Origin: a virus
Lineage: Duplodnaviria > Caudoviricetes
IMG/VR virus record: IMGVR_UViG_3300007363_002496
Span: 1-38,629 of that record
Reading direction: 5' to 3' (one strand)
DNA length: 38,629 nucleotides
Shown here: positions 1 to 9,168 of the stretch, one piece after another
How positions within the stretch are numbered: position 1 is the first letter of the stretch
Layout of the letters: the number at the start of each line of letters is the position of its first letter
Program-made: the position numbers and the translations under genes
The notes under the pieces: generated by a model
Told to the model about the DNA's origin: nothing
Database searches by the model: none
Seen by the model: the letters and a program-made list of their open reading frames with translations, nothing else

Positions 1-110
1 TGTGTTTGGTCCACGCCAAGATGATCGCAAAGTGATTCCCGCTATCAAACGTGCTCTTAATGGTGGTGCACCACTAGTCGTACACAATGGGGGAAATGGC
101 TACCGGCAAT
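1..110 (+). repeat. Identical direct repeat, left anchor (copy at 36034-36143)
   Basis: 1-110 equals 36034-36143 base for base; the copies diverge at 111/36144. Confidence 0.95.
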
Positions 111-382
111 TCATTCACGTTTCTGAAATTCCAGCAATCATGGGTATGCTGCTTGAATTTGGAAACCGTACATACAACGTGACCACCAATGAAGGACTGA
201 CGGTTAATGAACTTATTTGGCATGCTGAGAAAATAACCGGAATGAAAGTGCCTACGGTCCCTGGTAAACGCAGTGGCATGGATATCAAATACCAAATGAA
301 CGGTGATAGACTGAAGCATGAATTTGACTGGAAACCTAAGCAGCCATTTTTAAACCACCTTCAAGAGTATCTATTATCATGA
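2..382 (+). CDS. C-terminal part of NDP-sugar 4,6-dehydratase, allele A (truncated by window start)
   Basis: FGPRQ...KVIP...GNGYRQFIHV; homologous to the C-terminus of 35483-36415. Confidence 0.9.
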   Translation: MFGPRQDDRKVIPAIKRALNGGAPLVVHNGGNGYRQFIHVSEIPAIMGMLLEFGNRTYNVTTNEGLTVNELIWHAEKITGMKVPTVPGKRSGMDIKYQMNGDRLKHEFDWKPKQPFLNHLQEYLLS

Positions 383-807
383 TTATCATCCACAAGCATC
401 AACCAAAAAATTGGGAAAAGCTATCAGCTAGCTTTGGCGGTGTGAAGTGGGAAGGCAATATAGTAGTTACTTACGCTGGGCATATTCATTGTCCAAGTGG
501 AAAAGTAGCGCCGGATGTATTGGTACATGAATTGGTGCATGTAGAGCAGCAGCGTGGCCAGAATATGGAAACGCTGCTTGAACTGTACATGAATGATATT
601 CAGTACCTAAGAGAAGTTGAAGCTGCCGCGTTTAAAGCGCAAGCCGCTTTCATTGATGCCACAATGCCAAACGCACAAGCCTGGTGTAGAAAATACGAAA
701 TTGCCAAGCAAATGGTTAGGATGTATAAAACTGCCTTTACATTTGAAACCGCTAGCGCTATCATGAATCTTAATGAACTTGATAAAAGCATTAGGCCAGT
801 GCGTTAG
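379..807 (+). CDS. HExxH zinc-metallopeptidase-like protein, allele A
   Basis: LVHELVHVEQQ motif with downstream E (EAAAF); conserved in allele B (36412-36804). Confidence 0.65.
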   Translation: MIIIHKHQPKNWEKLSASFGGVKWEGNIVVTYAGHIHCPSGKVAPDVLVHELVHVEQQRGQNMETLLELYMNDIQYLREVEAAAFKAQAAFIDATMPNAQAWCRKYEIAKQMVRMYKTAFTFETASAIMNLNELDKSIRPVR

Positions 808-907
808 TGCGTATGCTGCAATTGTAGTAGCGCTACTTACTGGCAAAATGATGTTGGATGATCAATCAGATTTGCCACCTCATTTACGCCGCGAAAACCT
901 TAATTAA
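773..907 (+). CDS. 44-aa small membrane protein, allele A (not in ORF track)
   Basis: MNLIKALGQCVSAYAAIVVALLTGKMMLDDQSDLPPHLRRENLN; frame and sequence conserved in allele B (36801-36938). Confidence 0.75.
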   Translation: MNLIKALGQCVSAYAAIVVALLTGKMMLDDQSDLPPHLRRENLN

Positions 908-910
908 CCT

Positions 911-1990
911 ATGATAAAGCTCTTTCAACCATACATAAGCAAAGAAGCGCGCGATAATGTACAGCGCGTGCTATCCGGTACGCAAATAGCTCAAGGTCCA
1001 GAAGTAGATTTATTTGAAAAGGAATTTGCAGCTAAGTTTGGTTTTGAGAGTTGGCAAATAGTAACCGTAAACAGTGGTACGGCGGCTTTAGAGTTGGCAT
1101 ACCATATGACGTTTGAGCGTGGTGATCATGCCATAGTGCCGGTGCTTACCTGTACCGCTACCAACGTACCGCTGGTCCGGATGGGTATTGATGCTACCTT
1201 TGCTGATATTCGTGGCCCACGCTGCTTGAATCTTGATCCAGACGATGTTTCCAGCAAGATTCAAAGAAACACACGTGCAGTAGTTTTTGTGCATTTTGGG
1301 GGCAATTCCAGCGGTCTAGAGGATATAGAAGAAGTTTGTAGTGAACACAATTTAGATCTGATTTGTGATGCGGCGCAAGCACTTGGCTCTAGCCTTTCTA
1401 GAAAGGCACGTTTTTCTGCTATCTCACTACAAGCCATAAAATCGCTTACAGCCGGTGATGGCGGCATACTGGTATGTAGAGATAAAGAGGATGCTGAAAT
1501 GGCCAGGAAGCTACGCTGGTTTGGCTACGATAGGGAGAAAAAGCAGAAGTATGGTGATTGTGATTTGGAAATAGCCGGATTCAAGTACCACATGAACGAT
1601 ATTGCGGCTGCTATTGCGCGCGGCAACCTAGAGCATTGGGATGAAATTCAGCAACACAGAGAAGATATCAATACCGTTTACCAAGATGCGTATGGTAAAG
1701 CTGAACGTAGCCATAATCTTATTAGAGGTATTTGGAACCCAATAGTGACAATGGCTGACTATCAAGCAGCTAAAGATATGGCAAGAAGGGCTGATCCGCT
1801 ATCTACTTGGAGTGGCTTTGAGATTGGCCAACACCACTACCGGAATGATAAGTATTCAGTCTTCCGCGCGGTATCCGGCTACTGCCCAAACATGGATGAT
1901 CTAGGTGATAAGTACTTCATGCTGCCATGCCACATGGGTATGAGCCTAGAAGATGCTGATAAAATTGCTAGTACGTTATGGGGTAAATAA
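911..1990 (+). CDS. DegT/DnrJ/EryC1/StrS-family PLP-dependent sugar aminotransferase, allele A
   Basis: GPEVDLFEKEFA, VNSGTAAL, DAAQALG, SLQAIKSLTAGDGG (PLP lysine), GFKYHMNDI. Confidence 0.95.
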   Translation: MIKLFQPYISKEARDNVQRVLSGTQIAQGPEVDLFEKEFAAKFGFESWQIVTVNSGTAALELAYHMTFERGDHAIVPVLTCTATNVPLVRMGIDATFADIRGPRCLNLDPDDVSSKIQRNTRAVVFVHFGGNSSGLEDIEEVCSEHNLDLICDAAQALGSSLSRKARFSAISLQAIKSLTAGDGGILVCRDKEDAEMARKLRWFGYDREKKQKYGDCDLEIAGFKYHMNDIAAAIARGNLEHWDEIQQHREDINTVYQDAYGKAERSHNLIRGIWNPIVTMADYQAAKDMARRADPLSTWSGFEIGQHHYRNDKYSVFRAVSGYCPNMDDLGDKYFMLPCHMGMSLEDADKIASTLWGK

Positions 1991-1995
1991 TTTAT

Positions 1996-2205
1996 ATGCC
2001 AACAATAAAACAAATTAAAAAAGAAGACCGTGAAGCTATTTTTAAAGAAATCCTAGTTGCACTAAAACCGCTAGCATCAAAGTTTGATGAATCAATTTTA
2101 AAGTGGGCTTTGAATAGGCACTTAACTGAGCGCCGTGAAATTGAAAAAGCCAGAAAAGCCAAGGCCGCCGCTGAAGAAAGATTAAAAGAATTAGGTGCAG
2201 CATGA
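1996..2205 (+). CDS. Small basic helical hypothetical protein, found only in allele A
   Basis: 69-aa ORF between the aminotransferase and GT2 genes, with an ATGA overlap at its 3' end. Confidence 0.7.
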   Translation: MPTIKQIKKEDREAIFKEILVALKPLASKFDESILKWALNRHLTERREIEKARKAKAAAEERLKELGAA

Positions 2206-2891
2206 GCAAATTAACTGAATCAATTGCAAAAATAAAAGAACTGGCCAAAGTACCAGTGCGTGATGATCGTGAAATTCAGCGAGTGGAGATCATTGTACTT
2301 AAATTTAAAGAACCGCCGGAAGTGATAGACAAATGCATCTCACGCATCATACACAACACTGACTGGCCTTTTAAACTGACCATTTTTGATAACAGACTGA
2401 ACCCACCAAACACCAGCAAGATATGGAATAAGCTAGTGAGTGAAGCCACATGCCGGTACGTACTGATCATGGATTCTGATGCCTTTGTACCGGCTACCAA
2501 GACTGAACCATGCTGGCTATCTCGAATGATGGAATCTATTGATGAAACCGGCTTTGTGATTCCGGTATCTTCTTCTGGTGGCGGGGCGCACCAGCACGTG
2601 TCCGGTCCCCTCCCCTACCCTTCTACAGTCCGAAATAAGGACATTTGGAGTGGATATTGCTTCTTATTCGATAGGGAAGGGGAGTACCAAAGCGTAGGTG
2701 AGTTTGATGAACGCTTTTATATTTACGGCCAAGACAGTGAGTTTGCTCATCGAGTAGGAAAAATAGGTGGAGCTGTAATGCGCCAGGATGTGTACGTGGA
2801 GCATATCGGGGGATTCAGCTTCAAACAGGATCCAATACGTGAGGATGATAAGATTTACGCCCGCGAGTTATTTAGATATTTAACCAAATAG
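2202..2891 (+). CDS. Glycosyltransferase family 2 (GT-A fold)
   Basis: YVLIMDSDAFV (DxD), SGYCFLF, GEFDERFYIYGQDSEF, VEHIGG. Confidence 0.92.
   Translation: MSKLTESIAKIKELAKVPVRDDREIQRVEIIVLKFKEPPEVIDKCISRIIHNTDWPFKLTIFDNRLNPPNTSKIWNKLVSEATCRYVLIMDSDAFVPATKTEPCWLSRMMESIDETGFVIPVSSSGGGAHQHVSGPLPYPSTVRNKDIWSGYCFLFDREGEYQSVGEFDERFYIYGQDSEFAHRVGKIGGAVMRQDVYVEHIGGFSFKQDPIREDDKIYARELFRYLTK
2307..2396 (+). repeat. Identical direct repeat, right anchor (copy at 38540-38629)
   Basis: 90 bp identical to the last 90 bp of the window. Confidence 0.95.
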
Positions 2892-2892
2892 C

Positions 2893-3336
2893 ATGAAAAT
2901 AAACATCGGCTGCGGCCGCGACTACCGTGAAGGATGGTTTAATACCGACATCTCCCTTGATACCAAGGCTGATGCCTACTTCGATATTGGTAAGGAATCA
3001 CTTTTAGCTGAAGCTGGATGCGCTGAAGAGATATTTATATCCGGAGTGTTAGAGCAAATCGGTCCAAACGCTGAATTTAAATTCGCTCTTAATCAGTGTC
3101 ACTACTTGCTGAAGCCAGGTGGAAAGCTAGTCATCGTGGTCCCTAACGCCAAGTACGCAATCGCTCACCGCGATCCTATGGACATCCGGAAGTTTACACC
3201 CGACACCTTCCGCTACTTCCTAGAAGGCACCCAAGAGTACCGAGACTATGGCAGTGTGTACGGCTTCAAACCGTGGCAAAGCTTAGATATCCAAGAGAAT
3301 CAACGCCACATCTTGACGGTAACAATGAGAAAATGA
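2893..3336 (+). CDS. Class I SAM-dependent methyltransferase
   Basis: INIGCGRD motif I; LLKPGGKLVIVVPN; RDPMD (DPTH-like motif). Confidence 0.88.
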   Translation: MKINIGCGRDYREGWFNTDISLDTKADAYFDIGKESLLAEAGCAEEIFISGVLEQIGPNAEFKFALNQCHYLLKPGGKLVIVVPNAKYAIAHRDPMDIRKFTPDTFRYFLEGTQEYRDYGSVYGFKPWQSLDIQENQRHILTVTMRK

Positions 3337-3683
3337 AACTAGTAATTAAAACACCTTTTGTCTCTACCAATGCGCTCTACACCAACAGTAAAACCACCGG
3401 GAAGCGTATCCTTACAGACAAAGCCCGGATATCAAAGGAAACAATAGCTTGGGAAGCAAAGGCTGAGATGAAAGGCCAGAAGATGTTTACTGGTCCCATC
3501 CGAGTAGAGTTATATCTTTTCTTTCCAACAAAGCACCGCCGCGATCTTGATAACGTGAAGTCTTTTATAGATGCCATGAGCAAGGTTTGCTACAAAGACG
3601 ACTCGCAAATCTATGAGCTAGTGATACGGAAATACCACGATAAAGAGAATCCACGTGTCGAAGTAATAATCCAAAAGCTATGA
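3333..3683 (+). CDS. rusA: RusA-family Holliday junction resolvase
   Basis: STNALY, RRDLDNVKSFIDAM, KDDSQI catalytic Asp motifs and NPRVEV; ATG at 3333 overlaps the upstream stop. Confidence 0.9.
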   Translation: MKLVIKTPFVSTNALYTNSKTTGKRILTDKARISKETIAWEAKAEMKGQKMFTGPIRVELYLFFPTKHRRDLDNVKSFIDAMSKVCYKDDSQIYELVIRKYHDKENPRVEVIIQKL

Positions 3684-3856
3684 CGAACGCTACTTTTACA
3701 TACTACGATGCTGATGGGAATGAACAGAAGATACGCTGTATAGGGGTGCCAAAATACACCGATAGTCCAAAGATTATTACTATTCAAACTGAAGAAGGTG
3801 AAATTGTTTTAGACCAAGCAGATGCGACCAGTGGTAGAACGTCTTTTGATATATGA
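3680..3856 (+). CDS. 58-aa hypothetical protein (not in ORF track)
   Basis: MTNATFTYYDADGNEQKIRC...; ATGA overlaps on both sides. Confidence 0.7.
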   Translation: MTNATFTYYDADGNEQKIRCIGVPKYTDSPKIITIQTEEGEIVLDQADATSGRTSFDI

Positions 3857-4035
3857 AACCAAAGCTAGTGAGACTGAAGATTATAGCAACCTACCTCACC
3901 GGCGAAACGGTTGAATTTTTATCGTACAACCTACCGAAGTTTGAAGGTGGGAATGTGCTGATAAACACTGACTATGGCGTAGTGGCTATTGCCCAAAAGG
4001 ATCTGACAAAGGTACGCTATACAAACGCAATTTAA
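3853..4035 (+). CDS. Hypothetical protein
   Basis: 60-aa ORF overlapping the upstream stop (ATGA). Confidence 0.65.
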   Translation: MKPKLVRLKIIATYLTGETVEFLSYNLPKFEGGNVLINTDYGVVAIAQKDLTKVRYTNAI

Positions 4036-4037
4036 AT

Positions 4038-4310
4038 ATGAGACCTTTACCCAGCCCATACCAAAGTGAATTTGACGGTACTGCTTTAGTGCTTTTTCTC
4101 CAGGCGATACCATTGTCGGACAAGTATCATCAGATTCTTTTAACTGATGAGCAGATCCGGAAGCTTTACAAAATATTACCTGACATCATCGGAACTCCCA
4201 CGCCTGAGGGTGGATTTGACTTAGAATTAAGCGAGAAGTTTATAATTGAAGTACCTGGCATAAAGGATCGTTATTCACCTCAAGAAATTGAAAATGACAC
4301 AGCCAAATAG
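4038..4310 (+). CDS. Hypothetical protein
   Basis: 90-aa ORF with operon-like packing. Confidence 0.65.
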   Translation: MRPLPSPYQSEFDGTALVLFLQAIPLSDKYHQILLTDEQIRKLYKILPDIIGTPTPEGGFDLELSEKFIIEVPGIKDRYSPQEIENDTAK

Positions 4311-5289
4311 AGTAGCAATAGTGGGAGCAGACTGGCCAGAGTACGAAAAGTACTGCCCTAACTTCGTGGGTATGCAGCTTGGCCTTACTGAAATGGGAAT
4401 CGAACACCAGCTTTTTAGTTGCCGACCAGTACTCGATGTAGATGCTCTAATTGCCTACCAGCCAGACTTTATCGTGTATGGGCTACTCGATATGGTAAAG
4501 ACTCGCCAAAAGCGCCTAGCCATCAGAAACGCCCTTCCAGATGCCAAGATTGTGATGTGGTACGGCGATTTGCGGAATGAAGAGACTGGCCAGATATTTG
4601 CCGACATGAGCGAGATCAATGCGATGTTTGTATCCAACGCAGCGCAGAATGAGTACTATAAAAATAAATGGCGGGTGCCGCAGTGCCACTTCCTTCCGCT
4701 GGGATCTCCCTTGTATAGTCCAGTATACAAGAGCAAATTTGATTTAGATTTTATTTTTGTCGGAGCGTCCATCACCGGCAAAGGATTCTTGGAGCGTGCG
4801 CGAATCATGTGGCGTTTACGTGAAGAAGGTGCCTTGAAAATCATTGATGCACCGGCTCAAACGAAGCCAAAGCTGCGTGCTCGCATCCTTCAAGACCTTC
4901 CTTCCCTATACCGTAGCGCCAAGATATCACTGGACTGGTCCCACTTCACTGACATTGAAGGCTATACCAGCAATCGTTTCTGGATTGTCACCGGCTCTGG
5001 TGGGTTTGCCCTCACTAAGCGCTGGCCTGGGTGTACTGACTTCTATCCCGAAGGCACCCGCGCGTACTTTGATACCGTGGAAGAAGCCATTGAACTGAAG
5101 GAGTACTACTTGGCACATCCAGAAGAGCGAGAAATCATACGCCAAGCCGGGTATGCACATGCTAAAAACCATACATACAGCAATCGCTTTGCTACAATGT
5201 TTAGTGTGATATATGGCCAGGGAACTAAAGACGGATTATGCATCGAAGGGATACAGGCACCGAGAACATCGGTCAAAAAAGGGCCGTAA
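4294..5289 (+). CDS. GT-B glycosyltransferase, CgeB-like (Glyco_trans_1_2)
   Basis: DFIFVG, LYRSAKISL, YTSNRFW..TGSGGFALT, YYLAHPEEREIIRQAGYAHAKNHTYSNR. Confidence 0.9.
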   Translation: MTQPNRVAIVGADWPEYEKYCPNFVGMQLGLTEMGIEHQLFSCRPVLDVDALIAYQPDFIVYGLLDMVKTRQKRLAIRNALPDAKIVMWYGDLRNEETGQIFADMSEINAMFVSNAAQNEYYKNKWRVPQCHFLPLGSPLYSPVYKSKFDLDFIFVGASITGKGFLERARIMWRLREEGALKIIDAPAQTKPKLRARILQDLPSLYRSAKISLDWSHFTDIEGYTSNRFWIVTGSGGFALTKRWPGCTDFYPEGTRAYFDTVEEAIELKEYYLAHPEEREIIRQAGYAHAKNHTYSNRFATMFSVIYGQGTKDGLCIEGIQAPRTSVKKGP

Positions 5290-5383
5290 AAAAGGCCACA
5301 GACACCGGCGGGCTATCAAGATCATGCATCTCGAGAATGAAAAGAAGCAACTTAAAAAGGAACTAAAATCTATAAAATTATGA
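5213..5383 (+). CDS. 56-aa highly basic (K/R/H-rich) protein (not in ORF track)
   Basis: MARELKTDYASKGYRHREHRSKKGRKKGHRHRRAIK...; stop overlaps the next ATG. Confidence 0.55.
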   Translation: MARELKTDYASKGYRHREHRSKKGRKKGHRHRRAIKIMHLENEKKQLKKELKSIKL

Positions 5384-6078
5384 AACAACTTGTGATCGGA
5401 TTGGGGGAAGTGGGGAGTGCTATTCAGCGTATCCTTCAGTGTGATGGGTACGATAGTAGGGATGGAATGAAGGCACCAGAAGGAAGCTTTGATGTATTGC
5501 ATATTTGTTTTCCCTACTCACTTTCTTTTGTAGCTGACGTGAGCCAATACAAGAGTTATTTTAACGCCGAAACAATAGTGGTCCACTCAAGCGTACCAGT
5601 CGGTACGTGTGATGAGCATGGCTGGATACATTCTCCGGTGCGTGGGGTACATCCTAACTTAGAGCAAGGCATACGCACCTTTGTGAAATACTTTGGTGGG
5701 GTAGGAGCATTGGAAGCAGCAAAAGTCTTTGATAATCTAGGAATTAACACAGTAGTGACCGTAGAAGCTCGCACCACTGAAGCACTGAAGCTCTGGGATA
5801 CGACACAGTATGGCGTGATGATTATGCTTGAAAAAAGCATCTATGAGTACTGTCGCCAACAGGGGCTTGATTCAGAACTGATATACGAGCACGCCAACCG
5901 CACTTACAATCTAGGGTATACCCGCCTTGGCATGGAGCACGTAGTACGACCACACCTCAAACACATGGATGGTGAGATTGGCGGTCACTGCGTGATACCA
6001 AACGCACATCTTCTTGCTTCACCAATTGCCGAAATGCTGATTGAATTCAATGAGAATCTGAAGAAGTCACCTCAATAG
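5380..6078 (+). CDS. Short NDP-sugar dehydrogenase (UDP-Glc/GDP-Man/UDP-ManNAc dehydrogenase family)
   Basis: VIGLGEVG Rossmann motif, ICFP, SSVPVGT, HSP.RG, TEALKL, IGGHCVIPN (catalytic Cys); no room for the C-terminal domain. Confidence 0.85.
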   Translation: MKQLVIGLGEVGSAIQRILQCDGYDSRDGMKAPEGSFDVLHICFPYSLSFVADVSQYKSYFNAETIVVHSSVPVGTCDEHGWIHSPVRGVHPNLEQGIRTFVKYFGGVGALEAAKVFDNLGINTVVTVEARTTEALKLWDTTQYGVMIMLEKSIYEYCRQQGLDSELIYEHANRTYNLGYTRLGMEHVVRPHLKHMDGEIGGHCVIPNAHLLASPIAEMLIEFNENLKKSPQ

Positions 6079-6080
6079 AG

Positions 6081-6110
6081 TAGACCAAAACCGCACCGCC
6101 AGCTTATACT
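6081..6110 (+). promoter_or_regulatory. GACCAA-class promoter
   Basis: TAGACC-AAAA, 18-bp spacer, TATACT; ATG 9 nt downstream. Confidence 0.75.
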
Positions 6111-6119
6111 AAAAGCACT

Positions 6120-6863
6120 ATGGTATTCAATGGCGATGCAAACAACATGGACATCTGCACATTGGCAGATCAACCAAACAAAACGGATGATACTTCCTTC
6201 CCTTTGTGGAAAAAAGCTATGTACGCCAACATGGGATTGCGTGCTATCTTCCGTGAAATCTATCAAATTTACGGTGGCTGGTCCCTTCAAGATACCAACG
6301 TATCCGGACTCGATGAAGTGACTACCAACCTACTCAACGATGGTACTCAATTCTATCCGTTTGTGACTGCATCATGGATTGCGGGAGTGGAATACATGGA
6401 TGAGAATGGTGATAAATTTCAACTCAAACCAATTACGCTCGAGAAAATTCGTGAGATGGGCTACGCTGAAGATGAATTTTACGACACGCCATCAACGCCA
6501 CAATACTACCGACCAGTGAAGAACGGTATCAAGATCTACCCGGCATGGGATACAAGCAAAGCTACAGTTTCAAATGGTTTAATTGTAAAGATTGGCGCTC
6601 AAGACATCGCACCTTTCACACCATCATCCACCACAACACAGCCTGGTTATGATTCTCTGGCCGGTCACGAAGCGGTGGCTGAATACATGAGTATGAAGTA
6701 CAGTGATGAAAACGATTCCAGCAACTTCCAGAAGCGTGAAGCAGCATGGTTACGTGCCTTGGTCGCTATTAAAGCGCACTACAAGCGTAAGTTTATGGAA
6801 GTGAAACCAGCCATACGAAAAGGAGCACAAGGGGGAAGCTACGCTAGTCAATTTGTCTCTTAA
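6120..6863 (+). CDS. Probable head-tail adaptor (podoviral tail tubular protein A-like)
   Basis: Size, position before the nozzle-like gene and a TPQYY...IKIYPA pattern typical of adaptors. Confidence 0.6.
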   Translation: MVFNGDANNMDICTLADQPNKTDDTSFPLWKKAMYANMGLRAIFREIYQIYGGWSLQDTNVSGLDEVTTNLLNDGTQFYPFVTASWIAGVEYMDENGDKFQLKPITLEKIREMGYAEDEFYDTPSTPQYYRPVKNGIKIYPAWDTSKATVSNGLIVKIGAQDIAPFTPSSTTTQPGYDSLAGHEAVAEYMSMKYSDENDSSNFQKREAAWLRALVAIKAHYKRKFMEVKPAIRKGAQGGSYASQFVS

Positions 6864-6865
6864 CT

Positions 6866-7072
6866 ATGAATGAACAAGAACGGCAACAATTCCAAGAGAT
6901 GGTGCAAAAAGTCGATGAAATGACTAGGATTTTTCAGAATACTTTTAATGCTGACGGCAGTATCAAAATTCCACAATTGGTTATACAGCCAAAAGATACT
7001 GCATTGACTACGCCTTCGGGAGCTGTCCGTGTAGAAACAAACATTGGTCCAATTAACGTGCTTGTAGTATGA
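6866..7072 (+). CDS. Small hypothetical, possibly virion, protein
   Basis: 68 aa, coiled N-terminus, in the tail operon. Confidence 0.6.
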   Translation: MNEQERQQFQEMVQKVDEMTRIFQNTFNADGSIKIPQLVIQPKDTALTTPSGAVRVETNIGPINVLVV

Positions 7073-9153
7073 ATATATTTATCCCTCAAAAAGAGAGTAA
7101 GAAATATAGTGTCAACTTAGCCACTGATCTTTTTGGTAATTTGGCTCGTACTCGCAACCTAGACTTCAACCGTCCAGGCTACCTTTCATTAGCTCGTAAA
7201 CCCTACGTACTTTACACAGAAGTAGAAAACGTAGACTTTGAAACACCGATTGCAATTCTTTCAGACGATGATGATTACTACGTAGTGACTTCAGAAGATG
7301 TATTTCGCATTGACCCGACCACTTCAAGTATAGGTGCAACACAGCTTACTGGCGGTACACCGCCAGGCGGTGGCTTCCAAGCTGACGGCGTATTTTTTAA
7401 CGGTGAATTGCACGTATCTGATAGCAATAGTATTCACAGTTTGACCGGCTCTAACTGGACTGAGGATTATACTGGCCTTTCTTCCTCATACCCACACCCA
7501 CTTTGTGTATCTGAACACCAACAGTACTTAGCGGTAGGTAATGGCAACACGGTCCGGCTTTTAAGTACTGCATACGCTTTAATTACTACGCTCACTATCC
7601 CTTCCGATCATGTAGTCACGTGGATTCGTTGGCGTGCAAACCTACTTTGGATTGGTACTCGTAATATTCAAGGCGGCGAAGCAAAAGTTTTTCTTTGGAA
7701 TGGATCTGGCACCGCTGCACAAGCTGGTTATGGCGTTGGCGGGGAGTGGGCTTTTTCTGGATGCAACTATGATGTAGAAAGTACAATTGTTGTGGTTAGC
7801 TCCACTGGCCAGCTTTTAAAATTTGGTGGCTCTGGGTTTATTCCATTGCGCGATAACGCTGGAAATGAAATAGCTTTCCCAGTGTACCACTTAGGCGTAC
7901 CATGGGGATCATCAGCGTCCACTTCCAATTTGATGGGTAAGGTGTCAAGTCGTGGTATGGAAGCACGCGGGAGTCGCATTTACATGGCGGTAGAAAACAC
8001 TATTGCCTTTACCAATGGCGGTACACCTGACTTCTTGCCAAACTTCCCCGGCGGTTTATGGGTATTTGATCCAGGCGTAGGCTTGTACCATAAGGCTGGC
8101 GTAGACCATAAAAAGCACGCGGTGGTTTCTTTTAGCTCACTTGCCAGTGACGTTTTAACCATGTCTTCCGCGCAAGTGTACGAAACAGGCGATCCAGTAG
8201 AAATAATTGCAGTCGGATCACTTACTGGCGATATCGATACTATTATTTACTACGCAATTAAAGTCAGTAGTACGCAAATTAAATTAGCACTTACACCACA
8301 ACAGGCCGTAGCTGGCGCAAACATTACCATCACCGGAGCCGTAGCCGGCGCTAGTATGGTCATGAATGTATACCAGTCGGTCGGAGCCTTTAAAACAGAG
8401 AGACAAGGTGGAGTATGTACCGTGAAGGCCGCTGGTGTAGCTCGATTTTCTGGTATTGAAGTACTGTACGGTGGGGACGTGGAACTTCCCGCCAGTGGTG
8501 CTTCTGTAGGGGCTGTTATGTCACTTGGCATGGGTAAGAACGTAGGATCGTTTGTTACCCCTAAGATTCAAGCCACAGCGGTGACAGATGCTTTTTCTCG
8601 GTTTGTTTCGAAGTTTGGAGATTTAAATATCAGCACTCGAAAAATTGTTGTTAAGTACCGTACTAAGCGCCGATGGGGTCTTCCTGGTCGCATGGATGTA
8701 CGCAATGGTGTGGCAACGTGGGTAACATCAAGCACTTTCACAATCAATCCAAAAACCTACGACATGTACTCGGTCCAAGTAGGCGATGAAGTTGAATTCT
8801 TGGATCGTGCGGCGGGTGGTTACACTGCTCATATCACGAACATCACAGTCGATAGCGCCACACAATGGACTATTGCTATTGATGAATCAATGCCGGACGT
8901 GACTGCCACTGAAACTTCCCACATCCTTATTGATAATTGGACTAAATATCTAGTCATTTCTACCACCGATGATGCGGCTGCGGCTGCTTCTGGTATTAAA
9001 AAAGCAGCTCTTGGGGCTGATGGTGACGATGCAAAGAACAAAGCCAAGTGGATAGAATTGAAGTTTGAGCTACGTGGCTACACCGATATTGAAGAGACAA
9101 TGGACTTTGAAGAAGTTATGCTCTTGAATACTGCTGACCAAAATTACGGATAA
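7069..9153 (+). CDS. Probable tail nozzle / DNA-stabilisation protein (beta-propeller; P22 gp10 / T7 gp12-like)
   Basis: 694 aa, beta-rich propeller-like blades, C-terminal KWIELKFELRG; follows the adaptor gene. Confidence 0.6.
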   Translation: MNIFIPQKESKKYSVNLATDLFGNLARTRNLDFNRPGYLSLARKPYVLYTEVENVDFETPIAILSDDDDYYVVTSEDVFRIDPTTSSIGATQLTGGTPPGGGFQADGVFFNGELHVSDSNSIHSLTGSNWTEDYTGLSSSYPHPLCVSEHQQYLAVGNGNTVRLLSTAYALITTLTIPSDHVVTWIRWRANLLWIGTRNIQGGEAKVFLWNGSGTAAQAGYGVGGEWAFSGCNYDVESTIVVVSSTGQLLKFGGSGFIPLRDNAGNEIAFPVYHLGVPWGSSASTSNLMGKVSSRGMEARGSRIYMAVENTIAFTNGGTPDFLPNFPGGLWVFDPGVGLYHKAGVDHKKHAVVSFSSLASDVLTMSSAQVYETGDPVEIIAVGSLTGDIDTIIYYAIKVSSTQIKLALTPQQAVAGANITITGAVAGASMVMNVYQSVGAFKTERQGGVCTVKAAGVARFSGIEVLYGGDVELPASGASVGAVMSLGMGKNVGSFVTPKIQATAVTDAFSRFVSKFGDLNISTRKIVVKYRTKRRWGLPGRMDVRNGVATWVTSSTFTINPKTYDMYSVQVGDEVEFLDRAAGGYTAHITNITVDSATQWTIAIDESMPDVTATETSHILIDNWTKYLVISTTDDAAAAASGIKKAALGADGDDAKNKAKWIELKFELRGYTDIEETMDFEEVMLLNTADQNYG

Positions 9154-9162
9154 GGATATAGT
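9134..9162 (+). promoter_or_regulatory. GACCAA-class promoter, leaderless
   Basis: CTGACC-AAAA, 17 bp, TATAGT, 6 nt, ATG 9169. Confidence 0.75.
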
Positions 9163-9168
9163 TTAAAT

